64,000 nt of DNA from Candidatus Nomurabacteria bacterium (GCA_943354905.1 CALRDL010000001.1:29520-93519), one strand, 5' to 3'. Numbered from the stretch's first letter, positions 39,496 to 50,270 are shown. Notes: generated from the sequence alone by a model not told the origin. Made by a program: numbers and translations.

Positions 39496-42400
39496 CTAAT
39501 TTTCATTATTTGTTGTTGGTTCTGTCTGACTTTGTATCCACGTACTACCATTTACTGAATCACAATCTTCCTTTGATACTTCCGATTCGGTGAATTTTTG
39601 TTCAGGAGTGACTGGATTAGAAAGAGTACAAGTACCTAATCTTATTCCAATGTCAGTATCGTTTACGATGATTGGTGCTTCGATGACTGGTGTTAATCCA
39701 GGGAGGTCTTTTTTGTAGTCCACTATCTGTGTATTATAAATAAGATCACAACTTAGTTTCATAGTAGCAGAATGTCCAAATACCCCAAGGGATCCACGCC
39801 ATTTCAATACATCTTTGGCATTTACATAAGGAACATCAGGGTGTGTTACAATTCCATCTGGTTTGTTGCCCAATGCTCTACCTATAAGTATTCCTGGAAT
39901 TATGCCTATTCCTCCGGTGATGGCACCTAAATATCCACCCAGTATTGCACCAAAAGCACCACTACTTCCGTCGTTTTCATGTGTAAAAGATTTATGGTTA
40001 TATCCACCTTTGATCGGTGCATCACAGAATATGTCTTGTTCTGTGCCAGATGTGGTAGGAAATTTATCTGCAATACCAGAAGCAGTAAGGTTGCTATTTG
40101 GTCCACCCTTTTCTTCCCATCCTTTAGCTTTTCTTTCTTGTCTACATTTTGTGACCAAGGCTATAGTTTTTTCGTATTTATTTTTTGCCATACTCAATTC
40201 GTTTAGAGTATTTTCTATAGTTGAACTATTTGAGATAGATATCTTGATCGGGTTGTACTTTTTTCGCAGGTCTACCAGATATTTTTCTTCGTTTGAACCG
40301 ACTTCTGGTTGATCTGTCAATTTATCCAAGTCGGCTTTTATTGACAGCAATCTAGCCAGTGCCTGATTTTTTATTCTCTTACTATCAATAATCTCCTTTG
40401 ATTGTTGATAGAGTGTGTCGATTTCGTCTATGGCGTCCATATAAATTTGGGAATCTCCTAGGGACATTAGCATTTTATTATCGATCCAATCCTTGAAAGA
40501 TTTTACGGCAAATTCTAATTCATTATAGACGAGTCGAGCAGCAGCAGCTTTTTCTCCATTTTGCTCGTTCATTCTTCCCTGTAACTTGCTACTGTTTCTA
40601 TCCATTTCTTCTGTTAATCTATCCTTCCATCCCATGTTTGGTCCTGGCATACACATATCGAGTTCACGTATCTCTGGCCAAGTTTTACTGATCATTTGAA
40701 TGATGCCGGGATCGTTTATAGCGCGATTGTCTATAAGTGCGATTTCTCTTTGGGTGTTTACAATATCTCCGGGGATGTATTTTTTACCATTTCCATCGGT
40801 CCATTCTCCTGGTGGGTAGATTTCATCATTTGCATCTTTTAAGTTTCTACTCACATTGTCACAATCAGCTTTACTGACTTGCACTGTTTTTTCTCGAGTG
40901 CTACATGAACCAAGTCCAATAGTGTTTCTGGTGTCTCCTACTTCAATTACTATTTGTCCTGCAACTGAAACATTTCTTTCTGAACCATCTTCATCTTTTT
41001 CTATTATGCTCCCTACACGTACCCTCTGTGTATATCCATCCAGTTGTTTTTTGAAAACATCCAAAGAGATTTCTTCATCTGGACCAGTGCTCCAAGGCTT
41101 ATTTACGTCATCGTCTGCGACTCCGAGTCTCTGTCCTTCATATTCAAAGTCTTCTTCTACAGGTTTCCGATTTGTCTTAGTAGCCAGAGCATTTAATCCT
41201 TCACCCAAGAATTTATTAAATAAAGCATCAAAAATAGCGGACAATCCAGTAATGCTGTCACCTACTACACTACCAAGTACGGTTTGATCCGCTCTTGCTC
41301 CCATAGCTTTTGCTATCTGATTTGCTATTACAGAACCCGGAGTGGTAGCGACGAGTCCACCTGGACAATTGTTGTTTACATCCCACATTATTTTTTCTAC
41401 TGCACGAGCGTTATTAAATCTTATGGTTTCTGCACGATATCCTGCTTCTCTTTCTGGATCTCTAGTTCCACCACCAGCAAATGTATCATCATCAAAATTA
41501 TACCCTCTAGGGAGAGTTGTTCTATTTCTTTGTGAAGGTGTTGTAGTGGGAGGTAAAGGTAGTCCTGAAGGTAATGTTAAAGGTGGTAATGGAGGTATAA
41601 TATTAGGAGCAGGAGGGCGAGGAGCGACTGCAAGAAGTAAGCCATCAAGAGCAGATGCAGATCCAGTACCTCGTGGTGGTGGTGGAAATGGTGATGGTGG
41701 TAGGTTTACGGGTGGTAATCCTCTCGGTGGGGGTGTTGTTAGATCTGGTGGGGGTGGTAACTCAGGGACTGCAACACTGGAATAATTTTCATTAAACTTT
41801 GTTTTAGGTTGGAAACTTGGCTTCTGAAATTCATTTTTACCATTATTATAATTAGGATTTGAAGGACAAGTTTGCGGAGACAAAAATCCCATACCTTGAT
41901 CTAGGACTTTTTTTACTTTATTTGCACTAGTTTCGACCACACCTTCTAGTTTTCTGGCGAGCCGTTCGGTGGCTAGCATCTGATAACCGATATAATTATT
42001 TTGGGGATACATAGTATTGGTCAAAAATCCATTCCATCCCCCGACGTTAAAATCAGTCCTGTATCTTTGCAATAGTGCTGGGTCGTTTATGACTTTACTG
42101 AGGGTGTATTGTGCGTTGTCTTCAAATTTTTGTTTATAAGATCCTATAATATTTAATGCAAAACCTTTTCCAAAAGGAAAACGATTTGAGTCGTAGCCTG
42201 TCATTGTAATGAAATTCTTGATCTCATATTTTCCTACATCTCGAAAGAAAGATGTTGGATTTTCCAAGAAAAGTGGCGCACCGTGAAATCCAGCGTTGAT
42301 CCAGTTTATTGTACTTTTTGTCATTTCAGCCATGAGCCTTTTATTTACAGTTATAACCATTTGTTTCAATATTGCTATACTTGTCTCTTTAATTTTAAAG

Positions 42401-42600
42401 CCCAGACTTGTTGCATTTACTTTTGCATTTACCTTCCCCGCCACCGCCCCCACCACCGCCGCCTTCGTTGCACCAGGATCACTTACAACTGCTTGAGCAT
42501 GGGATTTTTCAGGTTTTAAAAATAAAAAACTCGGCATTAGTATTGCAATAATTAAAAAAGATGAGATGAGTTTTATAATTTTATTATTTTTAGTTTGCAT
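39496..42600 (-). CDS. Large secreted/membrane hypothetical protein with Pro-rich segment and glycine zipper
   Basis: Signal peptide; 1034 aa. Confidence 0.7.
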   Translation of the reverse strand: MQTKNNKIIKLISSFLIIAILMPSFLFLKPEKSHAQAVVSDPGATKAAVVGAVAGKVNAKVNATSLGFKIKETSIAILKQMVITVNKRLMAEMTKSTINWINAGFHGAPLFLENPTSFFRDVGKYEIKNFITMTGYDSNRFPFGKGFALNIIGSYKQKFEDNAQYTLSKVINDPALLQRYRTDFNVGGWNGFLTNTMYPQNNYIGYQMLATERLARKLEGVVETSANKVKKVLDQGMGFLSPQTCPSNPNYNNGKNEFQKPSFQPKTKFNENYSSVAVPELPPPPDLTTPPPRGLPPVNLPPSPFPPPPRGTGSASALDGLLLAVAPRPPAPNIIPPLPPLTLPSGLPLPPTTTPSQRNRTTLPRGYNFDDDTFAGGGTRDPEREAGYRAETIRFNNARAVEKIMWDVNNNCPGGLVATTPGSVIANQIAKAMGARADQTVLGSVVGDSITGLSAIFDALFNKFLGEGLNALATKTNRKPVEEDFEYEGQRLGVADDDVNKPWSTGPDEEISLDVFKKQLDGYTQRVRVGSIIEKDEDGSERNVSVAGQIVIEVGDTRNTIGLGSCSTREKTVQVSKADCDNVSRNLKDANDEIYPPGEWTDGNGKKYIPGDIVNTQREIALIDNRAINDPGIIQMISKTWPEIRELDMCMPGPNMGWKDRLTEEMDRNSSKLQGRMNEQNGEKAAAARLVYNELEFAVKSFKDWIDNKMLMSLGDSQIYMDAIDEIDTLYQQSKEIIDSKRIKNQALARLLSIKADLDKLTDQPEVGSNEEKYLVDLRKKYNPIKISISNSSTIENTLNELSMAKNKYEKTIALVTKCRQERKAKGWEEKGGPNSNLTASGIADKFPTTSGTEQDIFCDAPIKGGYNHKSFTHENDGSSGAFGAILGGYLGAITGGIGIIPGILIGRALGNKPDGIVTHPDVPYVNAKDVLKWRGSLGVFGHSATMKLSCDLIYNTQIVDYKKDLPGLTPVIEAPIIVNDTDIGIRLGTCTLSNPVTPEQKFTESEVSKEDCDSVNGSTWIQSQTEPTTNNEN

Positions 42601-42626
42601 TTTCTTTATATTATATAGTTTTTTCT

Positions 42627-43526
42627 TTAGTTATTCAATTTTTGTATCATTGCATTCCCTAGATTCTTAGTAGCCATATCTAACATCTCAATATTTTTTT
42701 CGTATTGGCTTATTCCACTTAATGCCATGATTGCGTCACTGTCATAAAGCTTTATGTTAATTATATTTTCTAATATTTGTTGGATAGAATTTATAAAATT
42801 TAAGTGAAGTACAGATAAAGATTGTGGTGTATTTATTTCGATTAGTCCTCCTATTACATTTTGTGTTTGCAATATTATTGGGTCAAGTTCGAGTAATATT
42901 GTCGGATCAATATTATTTTGATCAGCCAGGAATTCTTCTAGGATATCAATAGCCGTACGTTTTGTTTGGTGTTTATTGATAGTGCTGCTCATTATATTTT
43001 TGTAACTCTGCACAGCTCGTACACTCTCATCTTTTATGATTTTTAAATCAGAAAGTTTGTAAACTTTTTCTACTGGCATATTTTTGACTTGTTCTGCCAG
43101 AGAAATGCCTATCTTATCGATGGTTTCTTGGTCTACCCCACCATTTTGGCTGAGGGTGGCTACGGTGGCTATGAGTTCTCGAGAGAATTTATCCGTCTTT
43201 GTCAGATTCGCTTCATCCCAGACTAGAGAAGACTCACCTTTGGCACTTAAATTCTGTTCAGCTTTTAGTCTGGCTATTTCTTTACCATCTTCTATCCCGT
43301 CATCGTTCGTGTCCTTTTTATTTGGGTTCGTTCCCCAGAGATTTTCTTCCCAGTCTACTATGCCGTCACCATCTGCATCTTTGGATATCAGATTTGCGAG
43401 CGGTTCCGTGTCGTATACTAGCCCATCACCACCCTCTTGCAAACTTTCGGTGATTATATTTTTTATAGATGTTTTATTCTTTACGAAAAAAAGTACAGAT
43501 AAAAAAACTACTGCAAAAGCAATCAA
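42627..43526 (-). CDS. Membrane-anchored protein with TSP3-like Ca-binding repeats
   Basis: DADGDGIVDWEE..GTNP..DTNDDGIEDGKE. Confidence 0.7.
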   Translation of the reverse strand: MIAFAVVFLSVLFFVKNKTSIKNIITESLQEGGDGLVYDTEPLANLISKDADGDGIVDWEENLWGTNPNKKDTNDDGIEDGKEIARLKAEQNLSAKGESSLVWDEANLTKTDKFSRELIATVATLSQNGGVDQETIDKIGISLAEQVKNMPVEKVYKLSDLKIIKDESVRAVQSYKNIMSSTINKHQTKRTAIDILEEFLADQNNIDPTILLELDPIILQTQNVIGGLIEINTPQSLSVLHLNFINSIQQILENIINIKLYDSDAIMALSGISQYEKNIEMLDMATKNLGNAMIQKLNN

Positions 43527-43640
43527 AAGAATCCTCTTTTTATATTTGAACCAAATTAATTTATTTATGATTGAATTATAACAAATATAAAGTATAATAC
43601 TAGTATTAGTACGGTGTTAACTTACTTTAAATAATTCTTT

Positions 43641-46181
43641 ATGAAAAAAATAATATTTAGATACTTTTTTTTAGTTATATTTGCCCTAGTTCCGGTTTTA
43701 TCTGCTAACGCTGTGTTTTCTACTTGCACTTATACAGGTACTTGTAATTTACCTCAGAGTTCAGGTTGTCCGAGTGGTCAATATTGGAATTCCTCACTAA
43801 ACAGTTGTGCCATTAATCCAGTTGCTGTTTCTAGCAATACTCCCCCTGCTACCCCTACTCCCCCTGCTACTCCTCCTACCCCTACCCCAGCAAGCGATGT
43901 TTGTACTGGTGAAATTCGTACAGATATGGTTGCCGCTCAAAAATGTGCTGATTTAGCGATTACTAAAGGAAAAGCATTGGGATATGAAATAGATTGCAAG
44001 GTTATACAGTCTGGTTTGGCAGGATTTAGAGATCCAACATCAGGTCAAGGTTATGTTTTAAGTACTGATTGTACAGTCAATGGATCACCAGGTCACGGCG
44101 CGTATCTGCTTGCAGGATTTAAAGCAGCTCCAGCTTGTACTCCTGCACAAATGCAACGCATCGTTGCTTCAGGTTCTTCTAATACTGCTACAACTGAGGG
44201 GTGTAGCAATGCGATCGTTTCAAATGTTAATCCAGGATGGAATATCTTAGCAACAGAGCTTAGATATAGAGGTGCGGTTACTGATCCAAATCCTACACGT
44301 ACTCCCGCTACCATCCCTAACTGCACGACTAATTTTAGTGTGATTACAGGGAGTCCTTGCAGGGGAAATGTTGGAAGTGCAGGTAATACTACAGGTGGTA
44401 CGAGCGGAGACAGGATACTAGGTTGTGCCAGTACTTCTGGGGTCAGCACTATCACAGGTCAATCTTGTTCTGGGACTGTCTATTCTCTCGATAAAGACAA
44501 TGATGGTATTCCAGACGAGATAGATGACGAAGTGGATTTCATAGACAATGGCATAACAGCTCGCCCTCCTATATTTAGAACCACGAGAACAAATCCCCAA
44601 TGTTATGTTTTTACTCAGACATTACAAAATAACAGTACGGGTATTGAAGTATTTGCACTCACCTATGCTCTCAAACAAGAGGGATTTTTGTCCCAAACAA
44701 GTAGAGTGTTTGACACGACTGTAATGGTAGCTGTCAAAAGATTACAAGAAGCAAATAAAACTGAAATATTGAGTTTTCTCGGTCTTACCCAAGGAACAGG
44801 TGTAGTAGCAGAAAAGACTCGTGCATATTTGAATTCAAAATGTATCGTGCCTATGTCAGTGGTAACTGCAGAACAACAAGGTGGTTCCACTTCATGTGTA
44901 GCTCCTAAATCTGCTATTAAAAATGGCAAATATCAGTACACATTTACTAAAAATGTTGGAGGAAATTGGGTAGTTACACTCAATAACCCAGCATACAGTA
45001 CACCAAGTGATCCATATTATGTTCCAGCAAATATTTCTTTCACTGCGACCAATGCTCTTGATTTAAACAGACAAAATCAAGGTAAATTTAATTATCTACA
45101 AACATTACCAGGTACAGCTGTCGGAAACACTGAGTACCAAAATATCTTCGGCTCCTTCAATAATGCATATTATGACTGGGGCACGATGACAAAAGATGTG
45201 GTATGTACTACAACAGTAGCAATCGTAGTATTACCTGTTATTCCTCTCTCTCGATATGTAAAAGTTTCTATCGCAGATTGGGATACACTTCCTCTTGGAA
45301 TTCGTGAGATCACAGTATTAGGAGCAAATAACACTAAAGTTAGCCCTATATCTGTGAATATAACAAATATGGATGAATCGGGGTACCAAACCCCCTCCAA
45401 TCTAACCGACCGCAATGAAAATACTTACTGGAGGGCTATAAAGCATGTCTCCACCTGTGCTGTAAATACAGACTCGACAGCAGGTCGAGGTGCTGATACG
45501 AGCCCAGGTCGTGCCTGTGAAGTGTTAGGAGATTTACAAGTTATCACTCTCGATCTTGGTCAACTTGTAGCATTGGATCGAATAGCAGTAATGAATTACG
45601 GTCTCACTAATACACGAGTATTTGTGATTGAAGTAAGTAAAGATGGAAATTCATATACTCAGATTGCCGAAGTGCGTGCGCAAGTAAATGCACCAATTGC
45701 AGACAAAGGAATGGTCATTGGATTTATGAAGGACGCTGGCACTGTAGGTCCTCTTCCTTCCCTCCGCACTCTCACATCCATAAACGGTACTGCAGGAATT
45801 ATTGGTAATACCGTCACACTTACAGGTACAGGATTTACTCCTACTGGAAATAAAATTAAGTTTGGTAATTTAGGAAGTGAAAATAATCCTCAATATTCTG
45901 TACGGTCTACTGATGGAAAAACCTTGACATTTGCTGTTCCGGTTAGCAATTACGAGTCTTGTTGGAGACCTGTGATTGGAGCTGCTTGCGCGTTACCTAT
46001 CATACCTACTCAAACAGGTATTTACGATGTGTCCATAACAAATATTAATGGAACCAGTAATACACTACCGTTTGATGTTATTCCTGAGTGTCGTTATGGT
46101 GGTGCACAACGATTTGGTGAGAGTGAACTGATTTGCGGAAGGAGTGATAGAGCAATAGATGATAGATTCAGGCCCCAATAG
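43641..46181 (+). CDS. Secreted Cys-rich multidomain surface protein (PG-binding-like, discoidin-like, IPT/TIG)
   Basis: AVKRLQ..GVVAEKTRAYLN; NLTD..NTYW..LDLG; VTLTGTGFT. Confidence 0.7.
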   Translation: MKKIIFRYFFLVIFALVPVLSANAVFSTCTYTGTCNLPQSSGCPSGQYWNSSLNSCAINPVAVSSNTPPATPTPPATPPTPTPASDVCTGEIRTDMVAAQKCADLAITKGKALGYEIDCKVIQSGLAGFRDPTSGQGYVLSTDCTVNGSPGHGAYLLAGFKAAPACTPAQMQRIVASGSSNTATTEGCSNAIVSNVNPGWNILATELRYRGAVTDPNPTRTPATIPNCTTNFSVITGSPCRGNVGSAGNTTGGTSGDRILGCASTSGVSTITGQSCSGTVYSLDKDNDGIPDEIDDEVDFIDNGITARPPIFRTTRTNPQCYVFTQTLQNNSTGIEVFALTYALKQEGFLSQTSRVFDTTVMVAVKRLQEANKTEILSFLGLTQGTGVVAEKTRAYLNSKCIVPMSVVTAEQQGGSTSCVAPKSAIKNGKYQYTFTKNVGGNWVVTLNNPAYSTPSDPYYVPANISFTATNALDLNRQNQGKFNYLQTLPGTAVGNTEYQNIFGSFNNAYYDWGTMTKDVVCTTTVAIVVLPVIPLSRYVKVSIADWDTLPLGIREITVLGANNTKVSPISVNITNMDESGYQTPSNLTDRNENTYWRAIKHVSTCAVNTDSTAGRGADTSPGRACEVLGDLQVITLDLGQLVALDRIAVMNYGLTNTRVFVIEVSKDGNSYTQIAEVRAQVNAPIADKGMVIGFMKDAGTVGPLPSLRTLTSINGTAGIIGNTVTLTGTGFTPTGNKIKFGNLGSENNPQYSVRSTDGKTLTFAVPVSNYESCWRPVIGAACALPIIPTQTGIYDVSITNINGTSNTLPFDVIPECRYGGAQRFGESELICGRSDRAIDDRFRPQ

Positions 46182-46258
46182 ACAGTGTTTTTGGAAATAA
46201 TGTCTGGTTTGTGTCTACTAATGGAAGTTATATTTGGTCCGGGGGTACGAGAAAAGTT

Positions 46259-47122
46259 TCACCTTAAAGTTTTTACAAATTCTATCCAATCTTTGAGAGT
46301 TAATTCTTCCGCTCTTTTGTTCCCTAATAACACATAGGAGTTTCCTATGCCATAGGAAACTCCTATGTGTTTGAGGTTGCCAGACAGTTTTTTGCGCTTG
46401 TGAGCGAAGCCAGCTTTGACTATTTCCCAAAATTTTTGCTCAAATTCCAGACTGTTCAAAGCTTTATTTTGAACTTCGCTCCGTCCTCCCCCTTGCGAAG
46501 GGGGAGGTGTCCTGAGTTCATCGAAGGGCGGAGGGGGTAAAGTAATGAAATTTTTTCTTGAAATATTATTTATACTGATGACTGCCGAGTCTACCTTTGG
46601 TGCAGGAGAGAAATATCTGGCTGGAACTTTCATAATAAGTTTCGGATCACCATAAGCTTTTACAGAAATAGAAAGAATACTTTCCTTGCCATCGCGAGCC
46701 ACTATTCTTTTTGCCACTTCATTTTGGACCATCAGCACCATGCTAGTAGGCTGATGTTTGTCTGTTAAAAACTTTTTCAAAATCGCTCCAGTTATATTAT
46801 ACGGAATGTTGGCGATGATTTTATATTGCGTTAGGTCTTGCCTAACGCAATCAAAGTCGAGAATATCTTCATGTACTAGTACGAGAGAACGAGACTCTAT
46901 TTCTTTTGCAAATTTATCTTTCAAAAATTCAAAAAGATCATTATCTTTTTCTACGGCTATAACTTTTGCTCCTGTTTGTAAAAGTTTCTCAGTGAGTGCG
47001 CCCTTACCAGGACCTATTTCCAAGATTACATCATCTTTTTTTATCTCTCCTGCTTTGACTATATTATTCAAGGCTGGAACCGATTTTAAGAAATTTTGTC
47101 CCAATGATTTTTTTATTTTCAT
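46259..47122 (-). CDS. rsmA: 16S rRNA m6,2A dimethyltransferase; 3 palindromic insertions
   Basis: SLGQNFL, EIGPGKG, ANIPYNI, PAPKVDS. Confidence 0.96.
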   Translation of the reverse strand: MKIKKSLGQNFLKSVPALNNIVKAGEIKKDDVILEIGPGKGALTEKLLQTGAKVIAVEKDNDLFEFLKDKFAKEIESRSLVLVHEDILDFDCVRQDLTQYKIIANIPYNITGAILKKFLTDKHQPTSMVLMVQNEVAKRIVARDGKESILSISVKAYGDPKLIMKVPARYFSPAPKVDSAVISINNISRKNFITLPPPPFDELRTPPPSQGGGRSEVQNKALNSLEFEQKFWEIVKAGFAHKRKKLSGNLKHIGVSYGIGNSYVLLGNKRAEELTLKDWIEFVKTLR

Positions 47123-47168
47123 TGTTTGTATATTAGCATAAAAAACTTGTTGCAGGCGTGTTTTTTAG

Positions 47169-47310
47169 ATTTTAAATTACAAAACTTGTCGTAGGCGCAC
47201 TTTTCAAAGGGTCTTTCGCAGGACGTCGGTCCGAGAAGGAGCAAAAAATCAACAGATTTTTATGCGACCCTTTGAAAAGTTGGGTCAAGAAAGAGTTTTG
47301 TAATTTAAAT
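47169..47310. repeat. Nested palindromic intergenic element
   Basis: TTTAAATTACAAAACT/AGTTTTGTAATTTAAA and ACTTTTCAAAGGGTC/GACCCTTTGAAAAGT. Confidence 0.75.
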
Positions 47311-47311
47311 T

Positions 47312-49462
47312 CTATATATAAATTGTTTTTATTCCACCTTTCTCCCCTTCTTTTTCGAGTAGGTCTGCTGGAATGTCAGAAATAAATTCTGAAGGAGCAT
47401 TTATATTTCTTGATCCAAATATTGTACGGAAATTCGCAAAAGAAAGGAATAATTTTTCTTTGGCTCGAGTGACAGCGACGTAGAAGAGCCGGCGTTCTTC
47501 CTCCCTGTCTGCGCCAGCTTCCTCATTGCGTCTTTCATGTGGGAAGAGTCCATTTTCAAGACCGGTAACAAAAACATATTTGAATTCGAGACCTTTGGAG
47601 GCATGCACAGTCATGAGTTTCACCCCCTCTTTTTTTTCTTTTTTATTTTCTTCATTCATCAAAGAATCTTGATCGGAAGCGAGTGAAGCATCTTCGAGAA
47701 GTTTCTCTACCCCTTTTCCATCTTCTAAATTGTCATATTTGAGTGCCAGAGTTGCAAGCTCTTTTATGTTTTCTAGTCTTTCCAAGTCTTCATCAGTGCC
47801 ATTTTTTAATTCCGACTCTATACCAGACTTTCTGATGACGAATTTTATGATGTCACTTGCTTTGGATTTTCCTATCTCTGTTTTTATTTCATCTAAGATG
47901 TCATAAAAACTATTTAATTTTATTTGCATTTTTATCGGCAAGTTTCCTGTCTCTCCAGCGAAAATTTTTACCAAAGTAACTTTACCTATACCTCTCGCTG
48001 GGAAATTTATAATTCTTTTTATATCTGACAAACTATCTCTATTTAAAGCTACTCGCAGATAAGCCAAAGTGTCTTTGATTTCTTTTCTTTCAAAGAATTT
48101 CACACCTAAAACTTGGTATGGGATATTGTAACGAAGCATAGCCTCCTCGAGTACGCGAGATTGAAAGTTTGCTCGATATAGTATTGCAATTTCAGAAAAG
48201 GCAGGCAGAAGTGTCTCCGAGGGAACCCTTGGTAGGAGCGACGGCGACGGACAGAGAAAATTTTCAGCAGAAAATTTTCGTGGTGAGTCCGGAGACACTT
48301 CTGCCGAACTGTCTTGCAATTCTAAAATCTTCGTCGCCACAAAATCCGCCTCCTCTGTTTCATCAAGAGCTTCATACAGACCTATCTTCTCCCCTACTGC
48401 GTTATTTGTAAATAAATTTTTGTCGGGACGATATTTATTTTTCTTGATTATTTCATTCGCAGCCTCGAGGATATTTTTTGTAGATCGATAATTTTGTTCA
48501 AGCATCACTATTTTTGCATTTGGATAATCCTTTTCAAAACTCAAAATGTTTTTCAAGTTTGCTCCTCTCCAACTATAGATCAATTGATCGCTGTCCCCGA
48601 CTACGGCTATATTTTTATGATTCTCGGCGAGCATTTTCGACATCAAATATTGCACCTCATTCGTGTCTTGATACTCATCTATGTGAATATGGGACCAACG
48701 TTCTTGGTATATTTTTCTAATTTCCTCGTTATCTTTTAATAGTTTAGTTGCTTTCAATAAAAGATCGTCAAAATCTAGAGAATTTTCTTTATTTTTTTTC
48801 TCTTCATATATTCGCCAGACATTTGCCACCAATTCTTGAAAAGAGTTTGTAATATTTTCTCGATATTTTTCTAAAGTATTAAATTTTCCTTTTTCAATAC
48901 TGATAATATTTTTGATTTTCGCTGGAGGGTGTTCCTTCGGGTCAAAGTTGAGTTCTTTTAAAGCGTCTTTGATTAAGCTTTTCGCGTCGGGTTCATCCAT
49001 GATGGTAAAATATTTTGTCAGTCCGAGCAGGCGTGCATTTTCTTTGATGATATATACTCCGAGTGAGTGAAATGTAGAAACAAAAGGAGTGGGGCCGAGA
49101 TGTTGGGCTCTGTCACCACGAAAATTTTCTGCTGAAAATTTTCTCTGTCCGTCGTCGTTCAGAAATGTACCTCCGGGTACATTTCTGCTCCCAAGGGTTC
49201 CATATCCCAACATCTCGGCCCCACCGACGAAATTCTCCTGTATGGCTCCAAGTATTCTCTCTCGCATTTCTTTGGCCGCTTTGTTGGTAAATGTTACAGC
49301 CAAAATTCTTTCTGGGGCGATGCCGTTTTTGATCAAGTTTACTATGCGGTGAGTGATAGTCTTCGTCTTCCCCGCTCCCGCGCCAGCAATTATCAAAAGC
49401 GGCCCATCCATATGCATAGCCGCTTCCTTTTGTTCTTTATTTAGACCTTCTAGGTGTTTCAC
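47312..49462 (-). CDS. pcrA: UvrD/PcrA helicase; 2 large palindromic insertions
   Basis: AGAGAGKT, DEYQDTN, YSWRGA, QNYRST, HASKGLEF, YVAVTRA. Confidence 0.95.
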   Translation of the reverse strand: MKHLEGLNKEQKEAAMHMDGPLLIIAGAGAGKTKTITHRIVNLIKNGIAPERILAVTFTNKAAKEMRERILGAIQENFVGGAEMLGYGTLGSRNVPGGTFLNDDGQRKFSAENFRGDRAQHLGPTPFVSTFHSLGVYIIKENARLLGLTKYFTIMDEPDAKSLIKDALKELNFDPKEHPPAKIKNIISIEKGKFNTLEKYRENITNSFQELVANVWRIYEEKKNKENSLDFDDLLLKATKLLKDNEEIRKIYQERWSHIHIDEYQDTNEVQYLMSKMLAENHKNIAVVGDSDQLIYSWRGANLKNILSFEKDYPNAKIVMLEQNYRSTKNILEAANEIIKKNKYRPDKNLFTNNAVGEKIGLYEALDETEEADFVATKILELQDSSAEVSPDSPRKFSAENFLCPSPSLLPRVPSETLLPAFSEIAILYRANFQSRVLEEAMLRYNIPYQVLGVKFFERKEIKDTLAYLRVALNRDSLSDIKRIINFPARGIGKVTLVKIFAGETGNLPIKMQIKLNSFYDILDEIKTEIGKSKASDIIKFVIRKSGIESELKNGTDEDLERLENIKELATLALKYDNLEDGKGVEKLLEDASLASDQDSLMNEENKKEKKEGVKLMTVHASKGLEFKYVFVTGLENGLFPHERRNEEAGADREEERRLFYVAVTRAKEKLFLSFANFRTIFGSRNINAPSEFISDIPADLLEKEGEKGGIKTIYI

Positions 49463-49496
49463 TTTTCTAGTCTAACATATTCTTTTAAATAAGAGC

Positions 49497-49910
49497 CTAT
49501 TCTAAACTAAAATCAATTAATTTTTGTTTTACCAAATCATCTGGAACTTCAAAACCCGGCATATATTCCACCTTTTCTGTGTAGTTGATATCATCAAAGT
49601 AGGCTAATTGATTACGAAAAATTTTCGCATTAAATTCCCCAGCAAAAAGCTCTTCAGCTTTTTGAGATATTTCTTTCACAGTAAAATGATCTTTTAGTAT
49701 AAAATATAAATCAACATAATCTTTCCATTTATTGCGTCTGCTCAAGGCAAATGCCTTCATCGCAGCTAGTGTCAAAAGAGTAGGGAGCTTTAAATAATAT
49801 CCAAATTTTTCTGGATAAGAAATCTCGTAATTAAATTCTTTCAATAAAGATAATAGATTTGATTGTTCTTCAGTTAAAATTTCTTTATGTGATGCTTGAA
49901 TATTTATCAA
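49497..49910 (-). pseudogene. AbiEii-like nucleotidyltransferase toxin, apparently internally deleted
   Basis: C-terminal MKAFAL.RR.KWKDYVDLY present; N-terminal GGTA/SxDxD region absent. Confidence 0.6.
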
Positions 49911-50163
49911 AATATAGTTGAAAATAATTCCTAACTTGTTTATCGTAATTCTGTCGATTAAATTTATCAGGTTTAGATTTTTCGCGAAAAATTGAAGCTA
50001 CCTTCGACATACTTAGGATTTGAATCATTTTCTGGACATCATCCCAATTGCCATAATTGAGGACATGTTCTACGATCGATGCTTCATCGAGCTTGTCCAA
50101 ATTTTCTTTGCTAACATACCAAATCAAATATGGCCTTTGTTTTATAAATTCGTGTATGGTCAT
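49885..50163 (-). CDS. DUF6922-like antitoxin partner (likely start MTIHEF)
   Basis: YLIWYV..IVEHVLNYGNWDD; upstream of the AbiEii-like gene. Confidence 0.65.
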   Translation of the reverse strand: MTIHEFIKQRPYLIWYVSKENLDKLDEASIVEHVLNYGNWDDVQKMIQILSMSKVASIFREKSKPDKFNRQNYDKQVRNYFQLYFDKYSSIT

Positions 50164-50204
50164 AACACATACATTATACCATTTTTCCACTAAAAATCCA
50201 AAGT

Positions 50205-50255
50205 AAATATCAAGGTGAAACCTTAAGAATTCAAAAAGGTTTCACCTTGATATTT
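50205..50255. repeat. 20-bp perfect inverted repeat (REP-like doublet)
   Basis: AAATATCAAGGTGAAACCTT / AAGGTTTCACCTTGATATTT. Confidence 0.75.
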
Positions 50256-50270
50256 ATTAACACAAAAAAC

